A stretch of 64,000 nucleotides of DNA from Pseudomonadota bacterium (GTDB lineage Bacteria > Pseudomonadota > Alphaproteobacteria > Geminicoccales > Geminicoccaceae), in NCBI GenBank assembly GCA_030549795.1, contig JAUQQO010000055.1, forward strand, positions 1,436 to 65,435, in the 5' to 3' direction. A model generated the notes under the pieces. The model saw nothing but the letters and a program-made list of their open reading frames with translations, made no database searches and was not told where the DNA came from. Made by a program: the position numbers and the translations under genes. Positions 8,079-16,192 of this stretch are shown here, one piece after another (position 1 is the first letter of the stretch; each line of letters opens with the position of its first letter).

Positions 8079-8702
8079 TCAACCCGTAGAGGCCTGCTCG
8101 TTCTCCTCCGCGGGCAGCTGGAACGCCTCGGGCCACACCGCGCCGAGCACCGCCTTGACCGCGACGAGCGTCACCCCGGCGAGCACGGGAGCGTTCCAGG
8201 CGGCAAGATCGAAGAGATCGGCGCGCGCGCTCGGCAACAGCCGCCGCAACAGCTGCCGACCGTCGGCGAGCTGGGCCAGCACGGGGCGACCGAGGAGCTC
8301 TGCGGGCGGGCTCTCAAGGCTCGCCACGAGCGCGATCTGCCCGGGCGCAAAGACCGGCAGCATGGTCGTGTCCTCGATCCGCCAAGCCTCGAGCTGGTCC
8401 TCTTTGAGCGCGAGCGGACCGAGCTCGAGCCGCTCGGCAAGGCCCCCGGGCGCGATGCGCCCGGCAAGCGCAACGGCTGTGCGCCGCGGGTGCCGGCCGA
8501 ACAAGAGATACTCGGCGGAGGTGTCGAGGGCGCGCGCGAGCCGCTCGAGCACCGCCGGCGACGGAATGTACTCATCGCGCTCATAAGGGCCGATCGCCGT
8601 CTGGTGCCGTCCGATCAGCCGCGCGAGCTCGGCTTGCTTGAGGCCCTTGGCGAGCCGCAACCAGCGCAACCGCTGACCGAAAGACGATCCCGAGCCGATC
8701 AC
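8079..8702 (-). CDS. XRE-family HTH regulator with a C-terminal S24 (LexA/CI)-like domain
   Basis: N-terminal HTH: FGQRLRWLRLAKGLKQAELARLIGRHQTAIGPYERDEYIPSPAVLERLARAL. The C-terminal region RIEDTTMLPVFAPGQIALV...GRQLLRRLL resembles the GDSMxP...KRL layout of S24 peptidase domains. GTG start at 8702. Confidence 0.7.
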   Translation of the reverse strand: MIGSGSSFGQRLRWLRLAKGLKQAELARLIGRHQTAIGPYERDEYIPSPAVLERLARALDTSAEYLLFGRHPRRTAVALAGRIAPGGLAERLELGPLALKEDQLEAWRIEDTTMLPVFAPGQIALVASLESPPAELLGRPVLAQLADGRQLLRRLLPSARADLFDLAAWNAPVLAGVTLVAVKAVLGAVWPEAFQLPAEENEQASTG

Positions 8703-8765
8703 CCGACCACATCCCTTATGGGTTAGCTTCGAGCTTTGCTCTTAGAGCAAAAGAGCATAGCACGT

Positions 8766-11132
8766 CTACCCTGAGTCGCCCGGCAGGAGCCGCTGATGGC
8801 GCAGAGGAACGTGCGGCGAGGGCTGCGGCAGGAGCCGGATCAACCGGCCTTCCGCCCACAGGGTGGTGAGATCGCGGTAGTGCCGTGAGAGCGGATGGCC
8901 GACTTGCCCGGTCGCCGCGACCACCCACACCCCCGGCTCCGCCAGATCGACGACCAGCCGCAAACCCGGACCGTGGTGCGCCGGGAACGGACCGCCGATC
9001 CCAAGCGCGCGATAGGCGGCAACGGCGAGCGTCGTCGCATCGCCCCCGATCGGCACCCGCAGCGAGACGAACGCCCCCAACAGGGGCAACTCGCCCAACA
9101 GGCGGTGGGGCATCACGGCGGGATGCTCGTTTCCCCAGCGCCAGCGCCGCCAGTCGTCGCCGAGCCGCTCGCTGAGCGCGGCGAAGGCTTCGCCAAAGGC
9201 GGCGGCCACCATCTGCGCGCAGCTCTCTCCAGCAGCGGTGCGGACATCATCGCACCAGGGCGCGCGCGTCACTTCGGCGAGGAGCTCGGGACGCGCGGCA
9301 AGGAGTGGGCGGGCGAGCGCGCCGAGCTCGTCTTCGAGCAGGCGTCGTGCGAGGGCCTCCTGCCAAGCCGCGAACAGAAGAGGCTCCGGACGATCGGGGG
9401 CCATGGTCGCATCCCACCCGGCAAGCGCCTCAGCCGCCGCATCGCCCTGCGCGAGCGGCCGCGCTGCGTTCAACAGCGGCACGAGCACAGGCAGAAGCGT
9501 ACGCGCCGCAGCCGAGACGAGATCGAGCTGGATCGTGCGGGCCGCTTCGCCATCGAGCCCAGGATGCGCCTTTAGGAGTTCGTGCAGGCGCCGGCCGCGC
9601 AGCGCCGATTCGGTCAAACGCGGGTGCAGAGAATAACGCTCGGGTGCCTCCCAGGGCTCATTGGCGTTGGCAAGAAATCCCTCCGTTGGGTCGCTTCGGC
9701 GGGGCAGCGAATCGCTCGTGCGAAAGCCGAGCCAATCGGCTTCACCCGTCCAGCTGCGGGGAAGAACGTGGCTCTTGGGACTTCGCCGCAGCGGAACGCG
9801 TCCCGCTACCGCAAGCCCGATGCGGCCGTGACGATCCGCGATCGCCACGTTCTGCACCGGAGAGGCGAAATCGGTAAGGGCAGCAAAGAGCTCCTCGCGG
9901 TCGCGGGCCCGCGCGATCGCAAAGCCGGCGGCGAGTGTTCGATCGTCTCGTCTTGAGCCGATCCACTGGAACGCCAACTCTTCGCCGGGAGCGAGTAATC
10001 CCCGCGCACCCGGCAGAAGGTCGCTTACGATCGGACCGAAGCGCGTTTCGCGCACGCTCAGTTGCTCGGGCTTGCGGCCGCGCACCGCGATCGTCTCGAT
10101 CCGGTAGCGAAACGGCTCGCTTCCCTCCGGCACGAGATAACGGTCGGGATGGCGCGGGTCGATGCGGATCCGCACAAGGTCTTCGCTATCGGCACCGGTC
10201 GTCGTAAGACCCCAAGCGACGTTCTGGTTGCGCCCGATGATCACCGCCGGCAGGCCGGGAATAGTGCCGCCCATGAGCACGCGATCATGAACTTCGAGAA
10301 CCGCGAGATACCACGGCCCCGGAACCTGAAAGGGCAGATGGGGATCGCTTGCGAGCATTGGCACACCTGAGCGGGATCGCGCGCCTGCGACCACGAAGAC
10401 GTTGGAGCCGAGGCCGCTTGTGACCGTTTCGGCCGAGCCAAGACGCGGCAGCGCGCCAAGGCCCTGCGGCTGACCGTCGGGCACCGGCTCGAGCAACGCA
10501 TCATCCTCAGCTGCGATCAGCTCGGCGAGCCGGTCAGGGGGGAGGATGTGCGCGAGGTGCGCCAGCAAGAGCTCGCGCTGCCAGGCGATTGCGAGCTCAA
10601 GAGCCATCAGCCGATGGACGAGAAGGATATCGGCCGGCCGCCAGGGTTCGAGCGTGACGCCGAAGAGCAACAAATCCGGCGGAAGCGGGCGGGCGCGCGC
10701 AAAGGCCGCGCTTACGCCCTCCGCATAGGCCTCAAGCAGCGCCCGCTCATCCGGGGAATAGGCGGCAAGACCCTCTTCGGCGATGCGCGAAAGGTCGAGG
10801 GTGCGAAAGAAGCGGTCGAGCGGCAGGGCGCGCTCGCCAACCCGCTCGGCGAGCTGCCCTCGGCCGATCCGACGCATGAGTTCGAGCTGGGCGGTGCGAT
10901 CGGTGCCGTGGACGAAACCCAGCGCGCGCCAGAGGTCGCGCTCGCTTTGGGCGCGGATGTAGGGGACGGCGAAGGAATCGCGTGCGATCGCAACCGCACC
11001 GTCAAGACCGGCGAGAACAACATCACCCTCGTGCTCGGGTAAAGAAGCCCAAAGCAGCGCGGCGATCCCTCCCGCGGCGAGCACGAAAAGGAAGAGGAGT
11101 AACAAGAGCGAGCGCAAAAGCGCGCGGCGCAT
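8766..11132 (-). CDS. Penicillin acylase / acyl-homoserine-lactone acylase family Ntn-hydrolase (peptidase S45)
   Basis: 788 aa. Hydrophobic N-terminal signal/anchor LLRSLLLLLFLFVLAAGGIAALLWA. GLGSNVFVVAGARSRSGVPMLASDPHL carries the GSN processing/nucleophile context typical of this family. Length is typical of the family. Confidence 0.8.
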   Translation of the reverse strand: MRRALLRSLLLLLFLFVLAAGGIAALLWASLPEHEGDVVLAGLDGAVAIARDSFAVPYIRAQSERDLWRALGFVHGTDRTAQLELMRRIGRGQLAERVGERALPLDRFFRTLDLSRIAEEGLAAYSPDERALLEAYAEGVSAAFARARPLPPDLLLFGVTLEPWRPADILLVHRLMALELAIAWQRELLLAHLAHILPPDRLAELIAAEDDALLEPVPDGQPQGLGALPRLGSAETVTSGLGSNVFVVAGARSRSGVPMLASDPHLPFQVPGPWYLAVLEVHDRVLMGGTIPGLPAVIIGRNQNVAWGLTTTGADSEDLVRIRIDPRHPDRYLVPEGSEPFRYRIETIAVRGRKPEQLSVRETRFGPIVSDLLPGARGLLAPGEELAFQWIGSRRDDRTLAAGFAIARARDREELFAALTDFASPVQNVAIADRHGRIGLAVAGRVPLRRSPKSHVLPRSWTGEADWLGFRTSDSLPRRSDPTEGFLANANEPWEAPERYSLHPRLTESALRGRRLHELLKAHPGLDGEAARTIQLDLVSAAARTLLPVLVPLLNAARPLAQGDAAAEALAGWDATMAPDRPEPLLFAAWQEALARRLLEDELGALARPLLAARPELLAEVTRAPWCDDVRTAAGESCAQMVAAAFGEAFAALSERLGDDWRRWRWGNEHPAVMPHRLLGELPLLGAFVSLRVPIGGDATTLAVAAYRALGIGGPFPAHHGPGLRLVVDLAEPGVWVVAATGQVGHPLSRHYRDLTTLWAEGRLIRLLPQPSPHVPLRHQRLLPGDSG

Positions 11133-11736
11133 GGTTCACCTCGATGGCTCGCCGTCGTTCGGGCTTCGCCGCCATCGAGAGCAGCCTTCGAAGGATTGTC
11201 GAGCCCCGCCCGCTGGGCCCGAGCTCGCAAGCGGCGAGCCAGCGACCCGGCGCTTTATCCCCACCCGCTTAAGGCAGGCGATCACGCCTCGCCGGCTTTC
11301 CTTTCGGCTCGGGCATCCCGCACTGCCAAAAGCCATAAGAGCAATCCGGCAGGTACCGCAAAAGCCGGCTTACTGCGCCGAGAAATAAGGAACACACCCA
11401 AGAGCCGACCCGCGGCGCTTCGCCCGTGATTGCGGTGCGATGCGGGGGGACCCGCAAACAGCAAGCCGATGCATGACCGCGGTACGCGTTTTGAGGGCTT
11501 TTGCACCCGAAGGGCTCGGCCATCCTGCGGATGACTGTTTGCGGGGGTGCGCGGCTCCAAGCGCTCTGTTCCCTTTGGGCGCGTGCAGGGGCACACGAGC
11601 ATCGCTGGCCCCATGGCGCTGTTTTCGTCTCGGCTCGTGCGCCGAGGCGGCGAAGACCGCGGGGAACGACTGGATCTTCGCGAACCTGGGGCGCGGGACA
11701 GGGCTATGAAGGCGATGCCTCTGGTTTGCTTGCCTT

Positions 11737-12219
11737 CTAGCGGATCTCGAGCCGCGCCTCTCCGTCTTGATAGCGGCAATAGCCCTCATAAGAGCGGCCG
11801 CGGCGGCGCAGATCGAGGGTCAGGCGTATGGTATCGCCCACGCGCCGCACGTCGCTTGTGCCGCGGATCTCGTAGCCGCGATCGACCGCCTCCTCGCGGC
11901 AGGCATCGCGCGCGCGAGTCTCGAGCCAATCGTCCCGATCGTCGACGCGCGCGAGATCGAGCCGGGCGCGTCGGCGCTCGCGGTCCCAGCTGCAGGTGCC
12001 CCGATAGTCGCGGTCGCCGCGCCGCGCGCGCATGCGCACGATCACCTGATCGCCGAAGCCCACTTCCGAGACCTCGGTTTCGATCTGGCGAAAGCCCTCG
12101 GCACGCGCTTCGGCGCGGCATTCCTCCTCGGCGCGCTCGGCGACGCGCGGGGGGACGGGCGTACATCCGATCAAAGCGCCGAGCGCAACCGAAAGCGCAA
12201 GGCCGCGCAACGCGAGCAT
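11737..12219 (-). CDS. Small lipoprotein of unknown function made of two tandem Cys-pair repeats
   Basis: Signal peptide with lipobox LIGC (Cys19). Strong RBS GGAGGA 6 nt before the ATG at 12219. Internal duplication with Cys34/Cys76 and Cys107/Cys148. Confidence 0.7.
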   Translation of the reverse strand: MLALRGLALSVALGALIGCTPVPPRVAERAEEECRAEARAEGFRQIETEVSEVGFGDQVIVRMRARRGDRDYRGTCSWDRERRRARLDLARVDDRDDWLETRARDACREEAVDRGYEIRGTSDVRRVGDTIRLTLDLRRRGRSYEGYCRYQDGEARLEIR

Positions 12220-12377
12220 GGCGTTTCCTCCGGACGGTGCACGATGGCCACGACCTTGCGCGCCGCTATCGGCGCGAGCAAGGTGCTCGCTTGCGAGGCA
12301 ATGACCGAAGGAAAGATTTTCCCTAAAGTTCTGTCGTCCTCGGCTCGGCGCAGCGGTCTTTGGGTGGAGGACCGGGG

Positions 12378-12824
12378 ATGGCGAAAAGCTGGCACATCGT
12401 TTGTCCCGCCTGCGCGGCGGTCAACCGCGTCCCCGACGATCGACCGCCCGAACGCGCCAAATGCGGCCGCTGTCGGGCCCAGCTGTTCGCGGGACGACCC
12501 ATCGAGCTCGACCCGGCAACCTTCGAGGTCCACATCACGCGCTCCGAGATCCCGGTGCTCGTGGATTTCTGGGCGCCCTGGTGCGGCCCCTGCCGAGCGA
12601 TGGCACCTGTCCTCGAACAGGCGGCCCAACGTCTCGAACCTACAGTGCGGGTCGCGAAGGTGAACATCGACGCCGCTGAGGACATCGCGGCGCGCTTTGG
12701 GATCACCGCCGTGCCGACGCTCGTGCTCTTCGCCAAGGGGCGCGAGATCGCCCGCAGAAGCGGTGCGATGCCGCTCGCTGCGCTGCTCGCATGGCTCAAG
12801 AGCGCGCTCGAGGAGCACACGTGA
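12378..12824 (+). CDS. trxC: Thioredoxin 2 type thioredoxin with N-terminal zinc-finger extension
   Basis: N-terminal CPACAAVNRV...CGRC followed by the active site WAPWCGPC. ATG at 12378 is preceded by GGAGGA. Confidence 0.85.
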   Translation: MAKSWHIVCPACAAVNRVPDDRPPERAKCGRCRAQLFAGRPIELDPATFEVHITRSEIPVLVDFWAPWCGPCRAMAPVLEQAAQRLEPTVRVAKVNIDAAEDIAARFGITAVPTLVLFAKGREIARRSGAMPLAALLAWLKSALEEHT

Positions 12825-13546
12825 AGTCAGCTCCGCGACTTGCGGAGCCCAAAGGGCTCGCAGAGCTCTTGCGCGGCGTCGACATCTTAAGCGGGCTCGA
12901 CGAACGCGGCTTGGCGGCGCTTCTTCCGCTCGTGCGCATCCGGCACGTCGATGCCGGCCAGATCATCGTCGGCCGATCGGATCCGGGGCGAGAGGTCTAT
13001 TTTGTCCTCTCGGGCGCGGTCCGTGTCACCACCTTCGCCGAGAACGGGCGCGAAGTGGCCTTTCGCGATCTTCACGCAGGGGCTTCCTTCGGCGAGATCG
13101 CTGCCATCGACGGCGAGCCGCGCTCTGCGGATGTGTTGGCGCTGTGCGATACGCTTCTCGGCGTCTTGAGCGCCGCCGATTTTTGGGCGCTGTTGCGGCG
13201 CGAGCCGGCGGTCAACGAGGCGGTTCTCTTGAAACTCGCGCGGCTCGTGCGGGCGCTTTCGCAGCGTATCCACGACTTCGCGTCACCTGTGCCAGCGCGC
13301 ATTTGCGCTGAGCTGTTGCGCCTTGCGCGCGCGCGCGAAACCGAGGACGGCCTGTTGCGCATCGCGCCCGTGCCCCGCCATGCCGATCTTGCCGCCAAAC
13401 TCGTCACCCACCGCGAGGCGGTCTCACGGGTGATCAGCGAACTGGTGCGCCGCGGCGTGCTCGCCAAGCGACGGGGCGAGCTCATCGTGCAGGACCCCCG
13501 AGCCCTTGCGGCCTATGCCGCCAACAGCGAGCGCCTGATCGACTAG
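12821..13546 (+). CDS. Crp/Fnr family transcriptional regulator
   Basis: cNMP-binding-like N-terminal domain (FVLSGAVRVT...FGEIAAIDGEPRSADV) and C-terminal HTH (THREAVSRVISELVRRGVL). The GTG at 12821 overlaps the trxC stop (GTGA) and has GAGGAG upstream. The track ORF starts at 12791. Confidence 0.8.
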   Translation: MKSAPRLAEPKGLAELLRGVDILSGLDERGLAALLPLVRIRHVDAGQIIVGRSDPGREVYFVLSGAVRVTTFAENGREVAFRDLHAGASFGEIAAIDGEPRSADVLALCDTLLGVLSAADFWALLRREPAVNEAVLLKLARLVRALSQRIHDFASPVPARICAELLRLARARETEDGLLRIAPVPRHADLAAKLVTHREAVSRVISELVRRGVLAKRRGELIVQDPRALAAYAANSERLID

Positions 13547-13549
13547 AGC

Positions 13550-14539
13550 TCAGCTGCGCGGCGGATAACAGCCGGCTACCCTGCCGGTGAGGGTCACAAG
13601 CGCGTGCACGGTGGCGATGGTCGGGGTCGGCACCTCCACGAGCCGGGCGAGCTCGAGCACGGCGGTGACCAGGGCGTCGATCTCCATCGGACGGCCGCGC
13701 TCGAGATCCTGCAGCATCGAGGTCTTGTGCGCGCCCACTGCGGCTGCGCCGGCGATGCGCTTGTCAACGTCGATGGCAAAGCGCACGCCGAGCTTTTCCG
13801 CCACCTCTTGGGCTTCGAGCATCATCGCGCGGGCCACGGCCCGCGTTCCGGGATCGGCGCAAATGACATCGAGTGTGGCACGGGTGAGCGCGCTGATCGG
13901 GTTGAAGGCGAGATTGCCCCACAGCTTGACCCAGATCTCGTCGCGGATCTTGGGTCGGATGGGGGCTTTGAGCCCGGCTGCCATAAGCGCCCTTGCCAGC
14001 CGTTCGACGCGCGCGCTCTTCGAGCCATCGGGCTCGCCCAAGGAGAAGCGGTCGCCCTCGACGAGCCGCACCACCCCGGGTTCGTCGACCTCGGCGGCCG
14101 GATAGACGACGCAGCCGATCGCGCGCTCCGGGCGGAGTCGATCCCAGATCACCCCGCCGGGATCGACGCTCTCGAGCCGCCGATCCCGCCACGGTCCCTC
14201 AAGACCGAAGAAATACCACCAGGGAACGCCGTTGATGGCCCATACGATCGCCGTCTCGGGACCGAGCAGCGATTCGATCGCCGGCACCGCCGCCGGGACC
14301 TGATGCGCCTTTAAGGTGACGATGACATAGTCCTGGGGACCGAGTTCGCCCGCATCGGCAGTCGCTTTCGGGTGGGCGAGCAAGCGCTGCTCGCCCTCGA
14401 TCAACACGAGGCCACGGGAACGGATCGCCTCGAGGTGCGCCCCACGGGCGACGAGCGAGACCTCGTTTTCTTGGGTGCTCGCGAGCTTGGCGGCGAGGTA
14501 ACCGCCGATGGCTCCGGCGCCGAAAACACAGATCCGCAT
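13550..14539 (-). CDS. 2-dehydropantoate 2-reductase (ApbA/PanE) family oxidoreductase
   Basis: Begins MRICVFGAGAIGGYLAAKLA (Rossmann GxGxxG). The track ORF (to 14767) carries an Arg-rich extension that overlaps the upstream gene. The ATG at 14539 overlaps that gene's stop codon by 1 nt. Confidence 0.8.
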   Translation of the reverse strand: MRICVFGAGAIGGYLAAKLASTQENEVSLVARGAHLEAIRSRGLVLIEGEQRLLAHPKATADAGELGPQDYVIVTLKAHQVPAAVPAIESLLGPETAIVWAINGVPWWYFFGLEGPWRDRRLESVDPGGVIWDRLRPERAIGCVVYPAAEVDEPGVVRLVEGDRFSLGEPDGSKSARVERLARALMAAGLKAPIRPKIRDEIWVKLWGNLAFNPISALTRATLDVICADPGTRAVARAMMLEAQEVAEKLGVRFAIDVDKRIAGAAAVGAHKTSMLQDLERGRPMEIDALVTAVLELARLVEVPTPTIATVHALVTLTGRVAGCYPPRS

Positions 14540-16068
14540 CAGGCAAGACCCAGACGCTGCGCGAGACCGATCCGCTGCAACTTGCCCGTCGGCCCCTTCG
14601 GAATTTCCGGTACGATCACGATCTTGCGGGGAACTTTGAAGTCCGCGAGGTGCTTGGCGGCGAAGGCGCGGATCTCCTGCTCGGTGGCGGTGGCGCCTTC
14701 GCGCAGCACAACCGCAGCGCCCACTTCTTCGCCGAGCTTCTCGTGCGGGATGGCGAAGGTCACGCACTGCGCTACCGCCGGATGGTCCATGAGCACTTCG
14801 TCGACCTCGAGCGGGCTCACCTTCTCACCGCCGCGGTTGATGATCTCTTTGAGCCGCCCGGTGATGCGCAAGTAACCGTCGGCATCGAAGCGGCCCTGAT
14901 CACCGGTGCGGAACCAGCGCCGACCCTCGGCTTCGAAGAAGGCCTTGGCGTTGGCCTCGGGGTTGGCCTCGTAGCCGCGGGTCACATTCGGTCCCGAGAT
15001 GACCACCTCGCCTTCCGCTTCGCCTTCTAAGAACACGGGCGCTGAGGGATCGGCGATCCGCACGAGCGGGCCCGCCGGCAATCCCACCGAACCCGGCTTG
15101 CGCGGTCTGGGCGGCAAGGGGTTGCTCGTCATCTGGTGGGCTGCTTCGGTCATCCCGTAGCTTTCGATTACGGGACAACGGAAGGTCTCTTCGAGCGCGC
15201 GCATGACTTGAGGCGGCAGCGACGCCGAGCTCGAGCGGATCAAGCGCAGCGCGGTTCGGGCTAGGATCTCGGGGTTGCGCTCGGCACGGGCGAGGATCGC
15301 CTGGTGCATCGTCGGCACCGCCGTGTACCAGTTCGCCCGCGATTCCTCGAGCCAGGCAAAAAAGCGCAGCGCGTTGAAACCCGGCGTGCAGAACACCGAA
15401 CCGCCGGCAGAAAGCGAAGCGAGGACCGCCGCCACGAGCCCGTGGATGTGGAAGAGCGGCATGATGTTGAGGCAGCGGTCGGCGGGCTCGAGCGCGAGCG
15501 TGGTCTTGATGTGCCGTGCCGAGGCGACGAGGTTGGCATGGCTCAGCGGCACGAGTTTGGGCCGACTCGTGGTGCCCGAGGTGTGCAAGAAAAGGGCCGT
15601 GGCCTCAGGCGAAGGCGCGGGCTCGAGCGCTCCTGCTTCACCCAAGCGGAAATAGCCGGCGCTCGCCCCGGTCGGCACCTCTAGGCGCAAAAGCGTAAGG
15701 CCGCGCCGTTCGGCGACCCTCACCGCAGGGCCGCGTTCCTCGGCCGTGACCAGCACCGCTTTCGCCTTGAGGTCCTCCAAGTAGAAGTCGAGCTCTTCTT
15801 CACGATAGGCAGGATTGAGCGGTGCGGTGGCCGCTGCACAGGCGACGGCCAAAAAGGAGGTCGCTGCCTCGGGACCGTTCGGCAGCACGATCGCTACCCG
15901 ATCCTCGGGGCCGATCCCGCGCGCCCGCAGGGCAGCTGTGGTCTCGCACACGAGCCGGCGCAGCTCACCAAAGGAAAGAGGAGGCCGGTCGGGCGCCAGG
16001 ATCGCCGGATCGTCCGCGCGGCCAACGCCTAACAGCTCGAAGACGGTCGTAAAGCCATCCGCCGCCAT
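14539..16068 (-). CDS. AMP-forming acyl-CoA synthetase/ligase (resembles the oxalate-CoA ligase subgroup)
   Basis: AMP-binding motif LHTSGTTSRPKLVPLSH. Also TGDQGRFDADGYLRITGRLKEIINRGGEKVSP. LNPAYREEELDFYLEDLKAKAVL resembles plant/yeast oxalyl-CoA synthetases as I remember them. GGAGG RBS before the ATG at 16068. Confidence 0.8.
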   Translation of the reverse strand: MAADGFTTVFELLGVGRADDPAILAPDRPPLSFGELRRLVCETTAALRARGIGPEDRVAIVLPNGPEAATSFLAVACAAATAPLNPAYREEELDFYLEDLKAKAVLVTAEERGPAVRVAERRGLTLLRLEVPTGASAGYFRLGEAGALEPAPSPEATALFLHTSGTTSRPKLVPLSHANLVASARHIKTTLALEPADRCLNIMPLFHIHGLVAAVLASLSAGGSVFCTPGFNALRFFAWLEESRANWYTAVPTMHQAILARAERNPEILARTALRLIRSSSASLPPQVMRALEETFRCPVIESYGMTEAAHQMTSNPLPPRPRKPGSVGLPAGPLVRIADPSAPVFLEGEAEGEVVISGPNVTRGYEANPEANAKAFFEAEGRRWFRTGDQGRFDADGYLRITGRLKEIINRGGEKVSPLEVDEVLMDHPAVAQCVTFAIPHEKLGEEVGAAVVLREGATATEQEIRAFAAKHLADFKVPRKIVIVPEIPKGPTGKLQRIGLAQRLGLA

Positions 16069-16192
16069 GGAACCTCCGCTACTGAGCGCGCGCGATCAAG
16101 CCGGTTCTTTTGGGTCTCGGCAAGTCTATCTTGAAGCCTGCCAAACGCTCGGCACGAGCCCCCTCAAGGCGGCTTTGGGCAAGGAGAGAACC

